This document shows, one piece after another, positions 45,690 to 58,519 of a stretch of DNA of 64,000 nt (positions are counted from its first letter, which is position 1; every line of letters starts with the position of its first letter). The stretch lies in NCBI RefSeq assembly GCF_902713615.1, contig NW_024055843.1, positions 597,065 to 661,064 of the forward strand. Reading direction: 5' to 3'. Origin of the DNA: Scyliorhinus canicula. Taxonomy: Eukaryota. The notes below the pieces were generated by a model. The model ran no database searches. It was not told the origin of the DNA and saw only the letters and a list, made by a program, of their open reading frames with translations. The translations under genes were made by a program, and so were the position numbers.

Positions 45690-46310
45690 CTGGGGGTGGG
45701 CCAGACATACACTTACACACATCACAGACTCTGACCTGAAACACACAAACTCTCGCTTTTTCTCATACTCTCTCACACCCATCCACACACAAACAGACTC
45801 TTAAACACACTATCACACATGTACACGCTCTCGCACTCTCTCTCTCTGGCACACATACAAACAATGGCTCTCTCACATACCCACACAAAAACACTCTCTC
45901 GCACACACACTCTCTTGCACACAGACGCACTCTCTATCGTACACACATTGACAATTGCGCACACACATTATTTCTCTAACACACGCAGTCTCTCTCACAA
46001 AGACACTGCCGCTCTGTCACATACTCACTCACATATACACAGTCTGTCTCACACTCATTCTCTGACACGTTGTCTGTCTCTCACGAACATTCACACACAG
46101 TCTTTCTCGCTCTAATGACTCTCACACACACATTCTCACTCAGGCACACTCTCTGATATGCGCTCTCTCACAGTATTTCACTCGCACATACGTATTATAT
46201 CCCTCTCCTGTACACCAGCCCTTTTACACATACATTCTCTCACACTTTCTCTCACTCATAGCCACTCTGTCACACACACAAACACACTGACACACCCACT
46301 GTCTCTCACA
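45690..46310. repeat. CA/CT low-complexity tract
   Basis: Degenerate (CA)n and (CT)n. Confidence 0.9.
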
Positions 46311-46692
46311 CCAAGGCCAATCCACCAAACATTCATTTCTTTGGAATGTGGGAGGACACCAGATTACCCGGAGGGAACCCACAAAGACAGGGGAGAAAGT
46401 ACAAATTCCACACAGACAGTCACCCAAGGCCGAAACTGAACACAGATCTCTGGGGCTTTGAGGAAGCAGTGCTAAGCGCCGTGCCACCGTGCTGCCCCAA
46501 CTAGCGATTATAAATTATGTAGCTACAAGAACAGGTCAGAGGCTGGGAATCCTGCTGCGAAAAACTCACCTCACGCCTCCCCAAACCCTGTCCACCATCT
46601 GCAAAGCACACCTAATCAAGGCTCCTCGGACAGCATCTTCCTAATCTACAACTGCTACCATTGTTCCAGTTCTGAATGACATCAACATTTAG

Positions 46693-47075
46693 GCAGCTGC
46701 CCAGTGATCTACACTGCTGTCTGACATTACACAGCCGGTATTACTGAAAGTATTAAAGCAGCTGCCCAGTGATCTACACTGCTGTCAGACTGTACACAGC
46801 CGGTGTTACTGACAGTATTAAAGCAGCTGCCCAGTGATCTACACTGCTGTCTGACTGCACACAGCCGGTGTTACTGAAAGTATTAAAGCAGCTGCCCAGT
46901 GATCTACACTGCTGTCTGACTGTACACAACCGGTGTTACTGAAAGTATTAAAGCCGCTGCTCAGTGATCTACACTGCTGTCTGACTGTACACAGCCGGTG
47001 TTACTGACAGTATTAAAGCAGCTGCCCAGTGATCTACACTGCTGTCTGACTGTACACAGCCGGTGTTGCTGAAAG
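46693..47075. repeat. 65-bp tandem repeat, about 5.9 copies
   Basis: GCAGCTGCCCAGTGATCTACACTGCTGTCTGACTGTACACAGCCGGTGTTACTGAAAGTATTAAA; units start at 46693, 46758, 46823, 46888, 46953 and 47018. Confidence 0.97.
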
Positions 47076-47259
47076 CTGATCAATGTGGAGAATCAGGACA
47101 GGATCGATGGAGAGGAAGAGGAGGAGGTGGGATGGTGGAGCCTAATGGAAGAGCCCCCAACTCGGCTGTGGACAACAGGCAACAGAAAGCTGAGTCTGAG
47201 TGGAAAATTATCCTGAGAATCATAATTCACACGGGCATGGATTACCTGGCAATGATTAT

Positions 47260-48060
47260 TCACTCTCCCCTCACGCAACCACCCTTATCACTCACACACC
47301 CTCACTCACCTACCTCACTCATTCACCGCACGCACCCACCTTCTCTCACCCACCCTCACTTGCTCACTCAGGCTCAGACGCTCTCTCTCCGAACCTCACT
47401 GACCCAGCCGCACTCGCTTAAACTCACTCACTCACCTTCACTTACCCTCATTCGCCCAACCTCACTCATCCATCCTCACTCTCTCAGCCTCTCTCACCCA
47501 CCGTCACTCACCGACCCTCACTCAACCTCCCTCACCCGCACTCACTCATCTACCCACCCTCTTTCACACTCACTCAATCTTCCTCACCCATCCATTAACC
47601 TCCACGTACCTTCATTCACCCATCCTCGCTCACGCACCCTCACTCATCCTTACTCATTCAACTTCATTCACTCATCTTCACTCATCCACCTTCACTCACC
47701 CTCAATGACGCTCACTCACTAACCCTTCCTCACCCTCATTCACCCACTCTCACTCGTCCATCCAGCCTCACGCCCTCATTCACCAGCCTCACTCACTCTC
47801 TCTCACCCTTACTAACTAACCCATCCTCCCTCATTCACCCTCACTCACCCTCATTCATGCGTCCTCATTCACTCACCCTAAATCACTCACCATCCCTCAC
47901 GCACTCCCACTCACTCACCATCGCCCATTAACTCACTCCCATTGAGCCATACTCACTCACCCTCATTTAGCCACACTCACTCACACACCCTTATTCACGA
48001 ATCCTCAGTTACCCATACTCACTCAAGCTCACTCACCAATCCTCGCTCACCCACATATAC
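47260..48060. repeat. C-rich, G-poor (CACT/CTCA) low-complexity tract
   Basis: Visible directly; similar tracts at about 50140-50640 and 50880-52200. Confidence 0.9.
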
Positions 48061-48259
48061 GTAAAGCTACCAAAGAGTCGTAAACATGTTCAAGCTAAAA
48101 CACGGGACTAGTTGTGTGCCAAACAACATAAGCAGCAAGTAATAGACAGCACAAAGTGATTCCACAACAAACACATCAGATTTAAGCCCTGTCGTCCTGC
48201 CACATGCGGCCCTGAATTGTGCTGGACAATTAAATATCTCACAGGAGGATGAGGTTCCA

Positions 48260-50130
48260 GAAATATCCCCATCCTTGATTATGGAGGAGCTCAGCACATC
48301 TGTGCAAAAGACCAGACTGAAATATTCACAACGATCTTGAGCCAGAAATGCCGAGTGGATGATTCATCTCCTTCTCTTCTGGCGGTCCCCAGAATCACAG
48401 ATGTCAGTCTTCAGCCAATACGATTCAGTCCACGTGATAACAAGACATGACTGAAGGCACTGGATACTGCAAAGGCTATAGACCCTGGCAACATTCCGGC
48501 AACACTACTGAAGGCTTGTGCTCTAGAATAATAATAATAATAATCTTTATTGTCACAAGTAGGCTTACATTAACACTGCAATGAAGTTACTGTGAAAAGC
48601 CCCGAGTCACCACATTCCAGTGCCTGTTCGGAGGGAGAATTCAGAAAGTCCAAATTACCTAACCTGCTGGACCCCAAGCTGTTCCAGTACAGAGACAACA
48701 CTGGCATCTACTGGCAATATGGAAAATTGCCCAGGTGTGTCCTGTACACAAGAACCAGGACAAATCCAACCCACCAATTACTGCCCTATCAGACTACTCT
48801 CAATTATCAGCAAATTGATGTAAACAGCCATCGAAAATGCTATCCAATGGCACTTACTCAGTAATAACCTGCTCACGGACGCTCAGTTTGGGTTCCACCA
48901 GGGTCACTATGCCCCTGACCACATTACAGCCTTGGTTTAAACATGGATAAAAGCGCTGAATGCCAGAGGTGAGGTGAGAGTGTCTGCCCTGGACATCAAG
49001 GCAGCACTTGACCAAATATGGCATCAAGGAGCCCTAGAAAAACTGGAGTCAATGGGAAGCAGAGGGGAAACTGTGCGCTGGTTGGAGTCATGGCCTGCAC
49101 AAAGGAAGATGGTTGCGGTGGTTGGAGGTCAATCATCTCAACTCCAGTAGTTCTTCAGGGTAGTGTCCGAGGACCAAACTATCCCCAGCTTCTTCATTTA
49201 TGACCTCCCATCCAATATAAGGTCAGAAGTGGGGGTGTTCGCAGATGACTGCACAATGTTCAGCACCATTCACGTCTCCTCAGGTAATGAAGAAGTCCAT
49301 GTCCAAACACAGTAAAACGTGGAAAATTTCCAAGCGTAGGCTGAAACGTCACAAGTTACAGTCGTGCAACACAAGTGTCAGGCAGTGGCCATCTCTTACA
49401 AGAGAGGATCTAACCATCGCTTCTTGACATTCAACATCATTACCTACGGTGCAGTCCCCACAATCAACATCCTGGGAGTTACCATTGATCAGAAACTGAA
49501 GAGGATAAGCCACATTAATACTGTGGCTACCAGAACAAATCAAAAGCTAGAAATCCTACGGCGGGTAACTCACCTCCTGACCCCCCCTCAAAAGCCTGGG
49601 TCCGCCATCTACAAGGCACAAAGCAGGAGTGCAATGTAATACTCTCCACTTGCCCAGTTGAATGCAGCTCCAACAACATTCAAGCAGCTCTATAACATCC
49701 AGGACAAAGCAGCCAGTTCAATTGCTTCCCGTTCCACAAATATTCAATCCCTCCACCACCGACGAACAGTGGCAGCCGTGTGTACCATCTACAAGATGCA
49801 CTGCAGTAACTCACCAAGGTTCCTTAGACAGCACCTTCCAAATCCACGACCACTACCATCTAGAAGGACAAGAGCAGCAGATACGTGTAAACCCCACCAC
49901 CTGGAGGTTCCCCTCCAAGTCTCTCACCACCCTGACTTGAAAATATATCATTGTTCCTTTCCTATTGCTGGGTAAAAACCCTGGAAGTCCCTCCCTAAAA
50001 GCTCTGTCGCCGTACGTACACCTCAGGGACTGCAGTGGTTCAAGAAGGCAACTCAGCACCACCTTCTGAAGGGCAACTAGGGATGGGCAACAAATGCTGG
50101 CCTAACTAGCGACGCTCATAGCCCGTAAAT
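48260..50130 (+). mobile_element. CR1/L2-superfamily LINE ORF2 relic with 3' end; SINE tail inserted at about 48525-48665
   Basis: Y.PI.LLSIISK, FADDCTMF and LDIKAA motifs; 3' end GGGATGGGCAACAAATGCTGGCC resembles the tail of the SINE at 16918-17403. Confidence 0.8.
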
Positions 50131-50650
50131 TAATCAAAAATCACTCATTTACCCTCACTCAGACACCCTCACTCAGACAACCTCACTCACACACCCTCAC
50201 AGACGCTCACGCGCTCACCCTCATTCACTCACACATACTCATCAACTATCAAATACTCACCATCACACAATCTCACTCAGTCAACCTCCCTCGCTTCCAC
50301 ATATCACACCTTCACTAACTCACACACTCACTCAATCACAATTACGTGCCGTCACTCACTCATCTACCCATAGTCACTCGCCTGACTCACTCATCTACAA
50401 TCACATGTCCTCACTCATCCGCCCTCACTCACAGATCCTCATTCTCTAGCACTAATCACACACCTTCACGTACTCACCCTCCCTCACTCAACCTCATTCA
50501 TCCACCCTTACCTCTTAATTCTTACTCAGCAACCCTCACTTACGAACTCTCACTGAACCACCCTGCCTGATTCAGTCAGTCATCTACACTCACCAATTCT
50601 CACCCACTAACCTCACCCACGAACAGTCACCTTCCATCTCTCACTCATCT

Positions 50651-50875
50651 TTTTTTTTTAAATTTAGATTACCCAATTATTTTTTCCAATTAAGGGGCAA
50701 TTTAGTCTGGCCAATTCACCTACTCTGCACATTTTTGGGTTGTGGGGGCGAAACCCACACAGACACGGGGAGAATGTGCAAACTCCACACGGACAGTGAC
50801 CCAGAGCCGGGATCGAACCTGGGACCTCAGCGCCGTGAGGCGGTTGTGCTAACCACTAGGCCACCGTGCTGCCCT
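50651..50875 (-). mobile_element. V-SINE, A-tailed subfamily, 14-bp TSD
   Basis: TSD TCTCTCACTCATCT at 50637-50650 and 50876-50889. Confidence 0.92.
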
Positions 50876-50984
50876 TCTCTCACTCATCTAACCTAACTAA
50901 CACATCTTCACTCTCCCACCCTCACTAACTCACCTTAACTCATTTAGGCTGATCAGTGTCACACTAACCACTGTGCTACTCACA

Positions 50985-51258
50985 CAGCACGGTAGCACAG
51001 TGGTTAGCACTGTTGCTTCACAGCGCCAGGGTCCGAGGTTCGATTCCCGGCTTGGGTCACTGTCTGTGCGAAGTCTGCACGTTCTCCCCGTGGGTTTCCT
51101 CCGGGTGCTCCGGTAGGTGAGTTGGACAGTCTGAATTCTCCCTCAGTGTACCCGAACAGGTGTCAGAATGCGACGACTACGGGATTTTCAAAGTAAGCTC
51201 ATTGCAGTGTTAATGTAAGCTTACTTGTGACACCAATAAAGATTACTATTATTATAAG
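50985..51258 (+). mobile_element. V-SINE with an alternative tail (...GTGACACCAATAAAGATTA)
   Basis: V-SINE head joined to the tail type of the short SINE family. Confidence 0.85.
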
Positions 51259-51526
51259 CTCACTCACCCAGGCTCATTGACTCACTCTCACTCATTCTCT
51301 AACCCTCACTGACCGACCCTCAGTCAACCACCCTCACTAACCTACCCTCACTCGCCCAAACAAATTCACTCCCACTCACTCACCCTCCTTCCCACATGCT
51401 CACTGAGTCCCCCTCACACATTCAGCTGCATTCATTCACTCAAACTCCTTCCATCATCATCTCTCACTCTCTCAATCTCGCTCGTCCACCCACACTTACT
51501 CATTCCCACGCACCTTAATCATTCAA

Positions 51527-51870
51527 GTACACTTACTCATCCTCACAAACCTTATTCATTCAGCCACCCTCACTCATCCTCACACACCTTATTCATTCAC
51601 CCACACTTACTCATCCTCACACACCTTATTCATTCAGCCACCCTCACTCATCCTCACACACCTTATTCATTCACCTACCCTTACTCGTCCTCACACACCT
51701 TATTCATTCACCCACTCTCACTCATCCTCACACACCTTATTCATTCACCCACCCTTACTCGTCCTCGCACACATTATTCATTCAGACACTCTCACTCATC
51801 CTCACACACCTTATTCATTCATCCACTCTCACTCATCCTCGCACACCTTATTCATTCACCTACCCTTACT
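51527..51870. repeat. 37-bp tandem repeat, about 9 copies
   Basis: TTATTCATTC recurs at 51552, 51589, 51626, 51663 and onward. Confidence 0.92.
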
Positions 51871-53122
51871 CGCACACTCATCTAACCTTACTCTCACAGC
51901 CTCAGCAACTCACTTACAATCAGTCACTCGCCCTCTATATCCACCGTCATTAGCTCACCTCCACTTACTCACTCACCCACTCTCCAGTCCCTCACTCACT
52001 TACCCTTACACGCACTCTTCGTAACTCACTCTCACTCACCTCAGTAACCCGCCAAGTAACTCAACTCACTCAATCACCAACTCTAATCCGTTCACCCTCG
52101 CTCATTCACTCTCACTCACCGACCCTCTATCATCATTCCTCACTCCTTCACACTCATTCACCCTCATTCAACAAGCCTTTATGACCCACCCTCACTCATC
52201 CGCACATCCCACCCAGACAGGGGGAAGTACCAGGCGCTGAGGTAAAGTGAAAATAAGCAGGACAATTGCACATCACCTGAGAAAAGTGCAGAGAAGCTGA
52301 GGAAAGTGCAGAGAGCCTGAAAAATGGCAGAGTTGGGGAGCAATGCAGAGGACCAGTGGCAAATGCAGGAAAAGTGAATAGATTCAGATGATGCTACAAG
52401 ACGTCTTGGCGAAACTGGTGGCAGCTGGAAAGCGCAGTGAGCTGGTTATCGGGAGAAGGCAGAATGTCGAAATAACACTACAATCAGCTGAGCCACGATC
52501 TTAATAAATTGCGGAGGAGGCTCGTGGGACCCAGTGGACGATTCCTGCTACTGTATTGAAGTACACGAAACCAGGATTACAGATTACAGAATATCTTGAA
52601 CACTACGCAAATTTGGGGTTTCACGTTCATTACGTAAATATTCATTCGAGGGATTTTTGAAGCCAAGTCACTATTCGCTGTGAGATGAATGGTAGTGAGA
52701 GGAGAGGAGGTGGCATCGGTCAGTTTGAACATGAGCAATTTGTAAAACTGCAAGATATAAATGAAGAGAACCTTCTTTATCACTAAGTGCTGTTGTTTCA
52801 GAAATAAATTGTGGCACAAATAATGCAGTAAATTGCCTGCTCTTCTCAATTAATCCAACGAATGGTGCGTCATTCAAGTGAAATTGCATTTTATTTGTTG
52901 TGAAGTGATAGAGACGGAAAAATAGATGTGAGTTTCTAAAGAGAGAACAAACAGGTGGTGATTCCAAAATTATGGAACTAATAGAAGCTTAAATCTGGCT
53001 GTGGGATTTAATTAGAATATTTTAGGATAATTTAATTTTCCCGGTCAAATTTTGAAATGTTTGGTTACTGAAAAATCACAAATAACAGAGTCTAACTTGT
53101 TGAATGGGCCATTCTCTCCCAG

Positions 53123-53422
53123 CAACACCGTCTCCGCCCACTCTCTACAGCCTGGTCTCCTCCTGTCAGCAACACAACACCAATGGCTCCATGACCTACG
53201 GCTGTTTGGCGATGGACTACTCCCCAGAAATCACCAGCCTTACCTGGAAGAAAGATGGGCAGCTGATCACCAACGGAGTTCAGAAATACCCGTCAGTGAG
53301 AAACAAGAAGGGAACCTACACCCTGAGCAGCCAGTTAACCATCACCGAGTCAGAGGGGGGATGCAGCAACATCAGCTGTGAGGTTCGACACAGCGTCTCA
53401 GACAAGAGCATGGAAATGACAT
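53123..53422 (+). CDS. IGHM: IgM CH1 exon
   Basis: 300 nt, phase 1/1; [14 protein letters not shown]...YGCLAMDY...TWKK...SCEVRH; donor T|GTAAGT. Confidence 0.95.
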
Positions 53423-53634
53423 GTAAGTGTTGTAGAAACTGTGACAAATAGAACAGTTATGATTCCCTTGTATAGGGTCTTGGTTAGAACACACTAATAC
53501 TAATCTGCATTGTCTTGATCCCGCGAAATTCCAGGTTAGTGTCTACTGACCGCTAAATAGCTTTTTAAGTATGAGGTTGTTTGATTTATTCTCAATTTCG
53601 TCTGTAAGAAATGTCTAACTTGTGTTTCTTGAAG

Positions 53635-53946
53635 GCCCTCCACCTGTCAACACTCCAAATGTTCTCCTCACCGTGAGTTTCCGTGACAAAATCATAAGAC
53701 AGAAATTTGCAATCATCGTCTGTTCAATCATCCATTTCCGTCCAAAGTCGATGACGGTGAAGTGGCTGAAGAATGGACAAGCCATGGGTTCAGGAATTGT
53801 CACCTCTCCCGCCTGTGAAGTGAACGGGAACTTCTCGGTGAGCAGTCGGCTGACCGTCTCCGCTGGGGAATGGTTCAGCAAAGCGGTCTATACCTGCCAG
53901 GTCACTCATCGAGAGGTCACCCAAAATCACAACATCATCGCATCTG
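53635..53946 (+). CDS. IGHM: IgM CH2 exon
   Basis: 312 nt, phase 1/1; IVCSII...KWLKNG...YTCQVTH; donor G|GTAAGA. Confidence 0.93.
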
Positions 53947-54582
53947 GTAAGAGACACAAACAGAGGAAACAATAAATCATCCTGAACTCTGATGTAGATC
54001 AATATCAGGAATTTGTTGAAGTTAGTATAAAGCACAGAACAACTTCTAATATACTGCCATGTAGTTTGTGATTCATTCTGATGTAAGAGCTGCATTAGGA
54101 TTGCTCAACATTCAGGATGTTATCAGAAGAGCAAAGAATATTTCCTCTACTTTTAAGCCATTTAGTGAGTGAGGTGGACTTGATGTCAGCATTATCCTGA
54201 GACAGCTGATTATATTTGAGAGGCAGTGGGTGTCTGGAACCCTTTACTGATAACAACTCCGGGTAAAGTGTTGGAAAGTTCATCCAACCTATTTTTAAAT
54301 CAGCCTTCGGCATTAGGTTTCTGAGATCAGGACTGGAATATTTGTATTGGGAATGCTGCAATACTGATTCATTAGAATGATATCGTGGCTGACTGTATTT
54401 CACAATGAGAATAGTTTTCACAAATCAAACTGGTTTGCCATTGTGTATAGATGATTAAGAGCGATCGTTTGAGATTGATATTTCTAAGTTGATTTATTCC
54501 CATTGAGTGAGTGAAGGCTGAATCCTGCTGTCCTGATTCTGAAGCTGAAACTTGGGTTGATTTCCACTTTTTTCAATCACAG

Positions 54583-54891
54583 ATCTTTCCCCTTGTACTG
54601 ATGCCTCAGTAATAATACTGCCAACGCCAATAGAACAGGTCTTACTGGAGGCGACTGTAACCTTAACCTGCGTCATTTCGAATGCTCCCTATGGAGTCAA
54701 CGTGTCCTGGAGTGAAGCGAAGAAGCCGCTGAAATCAGAGATTGCCGACCAGCCTGGGGCAGATACTGAGAGCGTGGTCAGCAAATTAAACATCTCCACA
54801 CAAGCCTGGCTGAGTGGGGCTGTGTTTGACTGTGTGGCGAGCCATCAGGACCTGCCAACTCCTTTAAGAAATTCCATGCGTAAGAAAATAG
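54583..54891 (+). CDS. IGHM: IgM CH3 exon
   Basis: 309 nt, phase 1/1; [14 protein letters not shown]...TLTCVIS...VSW...[13 protein letters not shown]; donor G|GTGAGT. Confidence 0.93.
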
Positions 54892-56561
54892 GTGAGTGGA
54901 GAGATTGGAGCAATAAGTGAGCCATTGTGTCCATTCCAAGTGACAGCGCAACGGTGAATATTCAGTGTATTTCTGGTCTATTCGGATTTCCACTAACTAA
55001 ATACTCTTGGCCTCTAGACCTTATGGGGGGAATTGATATGCAGATGAATGAACAGTGAATTGAAGGCGGTGATATTGGGTTTTGATAGAAAAAGACCATC
55101 GACTAGAAGACGTAAGAGCAGACTGAGGCCATTGGGCCCATCGAGGCTGCCCGGCTTTCAGTGAGAGCATGACTGATCTGATATAATCCTCAATTCTACT
55201 TTCTCGCGGTAACCCCTCATCCCTTAATTTATTTACTCATTAGAAATCTGTACATCTCAGCTTTAAACATACTTTACGACCCAATTCCCACATCTTATCT
55301 CTGTTAAAGATTTCCTCAGGTTCACTATCCTCTGCGAGAAGAAATTCCTCCTCTTATTTGTCTTAACTGGGCGACCCCTTACTTTGCGATTGTACCCTCT
55401 GGTTCTAGACTCTGCCACAAGGAAAGCAACCACTCAGTATCTACCCTGTCAAACCTGCTGAGGATCTTTTATGTCTGATTAGGTTCCCTGAATTATTCTA
55501 ATCCCCAGTGAGTGCACGCCCAATCTACTCAACCCCTCCTCATAATAAAATCCCTCCATACCTGGGCTCAACATCATGAAGATTCTCTGAACTGCTTCCC
55601 AAATCAGTATGCCTTCATTAGATAAGGGCACCAAAACTGTTCAAAGTAAATCAGGTGTGGTCTAACTAGTGTACTGTTAGTTTTAGCAAAACGTTCCTAT
55701 TTTTATATTCCTTTCCTTTAAAATAAAGGTCAACATTCAATTTGACTTCCCTATTACCTTCAGAACTTGCATGCTAGATCTTTGTGATTTATGTGTGAGA
55801 TCCCCCCCAAATCTATTTGTGCTGCAGTTCTCTGCAGTCTTTCTCCATCTAAATAAAATTGAACTATTTTGTTCCTCCTATGAAACTGTTCAGTCTCACA
55901 TTTTCCGACGTTATATTCCATCCGCCAAGTCACTTAACCTGTCTCTGTCCCTCTGTAGATTATCTGTGTTATCCTCACCACTTGCCTTCCTACCAATTTG
56001 TGTCATCCGCAAACTTGGCAATAATAGTCACTTATCAAACGCTGTTTTGGAATTCATGCATATCAAATCTACTGTTTCCCATTTCTCTTGCCTGCTCCTC
56101 ACCACCTCAAAAAATATAATAAATTTGTCAGGCTATTACATCCGTTCTAATGGACTCTAATGGTTTCCCACTGACAGATGTTAAGGTCACTGGTCTATAG
56201 TTAGCTGTTTTCTTCACCCTCCTTTTTGAATAAGATTGGCAGTGTTACAATCCTGTGGGAGTAAGGTGCGGGGGGAGGGGAGCCAGGTGTGGAGCTTCTA
56301 CACCAGCACAGGACAGTTGGGCTGAATGGCCTGTTTCCCTGCTGTTTGCTTTGTGCAACTTTCCAGTCCCAAAGACGTACATTTTCAGGAAACATTATTG
56401 TGTCCACCTCTGCTCCGAGCTAGGAAACCGGACAGATCCCAAAGTGGAAAATGGAAACCTTCAAAATCCAACACAAAACACATTTCTCCCACATCTAACC
56501 CGCGGTTCCATTGTCTCCGGAATTCCCCATTTTATTGATATTTGTTGTACATTTTCTGCAG

Positions 56562-56953
56562 ATCCCAATCCGCGGGAACCGTCCGTCTCTGTCCTCCTGC
56601 CCTCGGCTGAAGACGTCTCCGCTCAGAGATTCGTCTCCCTCAGCTGCTTAGTGAGAGGTTTCTCCCCCCGAGAGATCTTCGTCAAGTGGACCGTCAATGA
56701 CAAGCCGGTGAATCCCGGGAACTACAAGAACACCGAGGTGATGGCGGAGAACGGCAATAGCTCCTTCTTCATGTACAGCCTGTTATCCATTGCAGCGGAG
56801 GAGTGGGCCAGCGGCGCTTCTTACTCCTGTGTGGTGGGACATGAAGCCATCCCCTTGAAGATCATCAACAGAACGGTTGATAAATCCAGCGGTAAACCCA
56901 GTTTTGTGAACATTTCCCTCGCTCTGATGGACACTGTTAATTCATGTCAATGA
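56562..56953 (+). CDS. IGHM: IgM CH4 exon with secretory tailpiece
   Basis: DPNPREPSV...LSCLVRGF...YSCVVGHE...[20 protein letters not shown]; penultimate Cys and NIS glycosylation site; internal donor G|GTAAAC at 56892 for the membrane form. Confidence 0.96.
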
Positions 56954-56976
56954 GAATCTATCACATTTCAAACATC

Positions 56977-56992
56977 AATAAATAATAATAAA
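56977..56992 (+). terminator. Polyadenylation signals of the secretory IgM mRNA
   Basis: AATAAA at 56977-56982 and 56987-56992, followed by a T-rich tract. Confidence 0.8.
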
Positions 56993-57410
56993 GGTTTTTT
57001 TCCCCCCTACAATTGTGATTTAAATACACAACCGCTTAATTAATGGTGCTTCCGGTTTGCTGATGTTAGATTTGTTTAATGAGACCCGGATTTCTACAGG
57101 TCTCTGACCAACGAGTTGTAAAACCCGCACTCGCAGATACACCCTGTGTTAGAGTCTAATTTAAACTCAGTCATTCCAGGATTCAGCATAATATCGTCTT
57201 CGACTTTCCTCCCGCTGAGGAGAAATCGGATCATTCCCATTTCAGACGAACAGACTCATGGCATTGAGATCTCAGTGTTCCTAATTCTCAGATTGTCCAT
57301 CCCTTTAAGATTGATGTCAGTTGCTGCATCACACCCACTGGGACCTGAATTGACGGTTTCACACAAACATGGACCAACAATCCCCCGTCAAAGGGACGGG
57401 AAAGCGAAAT

Positions 57411-57638
57411 CGTTTTTTTTTGTTTCAGTTCCCAATCATTTTTCTTCCAATTGAGGGGCAATTTAGCGTGGCCAATCCGCCTACCCTGAACATCTTTGGG
57501 CTGTTGGGGTGATACGCACGCAGATACGGGGAGAATGTGCAAACCCCACACGGACAGTGATCTGGGGCCGCGATCGATCCGAGTTCCACTGCGCCGCGAG
57601 GCAACGGTGCTAACCACAATGCCACTGTAGCGCCCGCT
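57411..57638 (-). mobile_element. V-SINE, A-tailed subfamily, 12-bp TSD
   Basis: TSD GGAAAGCGAAAT at 57399-57410 and 57639-57650. Confidence 0.9.
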
Positions 57639-58519
57639 GGAAAGCGAAATAGTTAACACACTGTACCCCACTACCACAACAAAGAGAGGAGGGACATTAC
57701 TTAACCCACTGGACTGCCACTTGCGCCAAAAAGAGATGAAGAGCATTAGTTAACCACTGTACCCACACTCCCCAAAAGAGGGGGTGGGGCAGATATTAAC
57801 CCACTTTATCCTGTCTCCCCCACAAAGAGCGATTAACCTATTTCACCTCCACGCTCCCGACCACCAAACGAGGAGTAAGGTCACCACTGTGTCTCCAAGT
57901 GCACAACAGGGGAACCCAAAGGGAATTTGCGTAGCTGACCAGAGAGAAGAAGAAAATAACTTACTATCCTCACATTCCACAAGCATGGAGTTTGGGAGTG
58001 GACGGATATCTACTCTATAGACTGACATTGCAAGACGGCTTGCAGATTACTGGCTGAAGGTTTTAAAAGACGATCATGTTTAAGATATTCTTAAGTTATC
58101 AATTGTGCAACATAATTTGAACTTTTTAAGCACTCTTTTTCCCTCTTATCCGTATGTCAAGGATGATTCCCCATCATCCAAACTGGTGATTGGGTTGTCC
58201 CTGGATTTCCACGGTTCTCTCCTGAAGCACCTCAATGTATTTTTGCATTAGGTCACCTTGCACAAAACAGATGCACAGTCCAACATATTCTACATTGGCA
58301 GGCACAATACCCAGAACTGGCAAAGCTATAGGGAGCTGATACAAATTCACAGACACACAGATAAACAGACACAAACACTATGCATACATGCACACGTACA
58401 TACACCCACAGACATACACTCGCGCACACACACAAATACACACACACATCGAACCCCATGCGTTAGCATAAACCCTGGCACATCGAAACACGAAAACAGA
58501 CGCAAACATGCGCAAACAT

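Noticed and set aside
45819-47722. His/Thr/Ser/Leu-rich ORFs (45819..46115 and 47063..47722)
   Set aside because: Translations of CA and CACT low-complexity tracts
54880-54891. Alternative CH3 donor ATGC|GTAAGA
   Set aside because: In phase and possible, but the downstream G|GTGAGT is a perfect consensus and gives the expected domain length; no further evidence
56255-56561. Long N-terminal extension of the 232-aa CH4 ORF
   Set aside because: Intron read-through; a canonical acceptor at 56561 gives the phase-1 exon start
57650-57845. RSS-like CACTG...CAAAGAG repeats of about 48 bp period downstream of CH4
   Set aside because: Nonamer match is poor and spacing inconsistent; treated as a degenerate local tandem repeat
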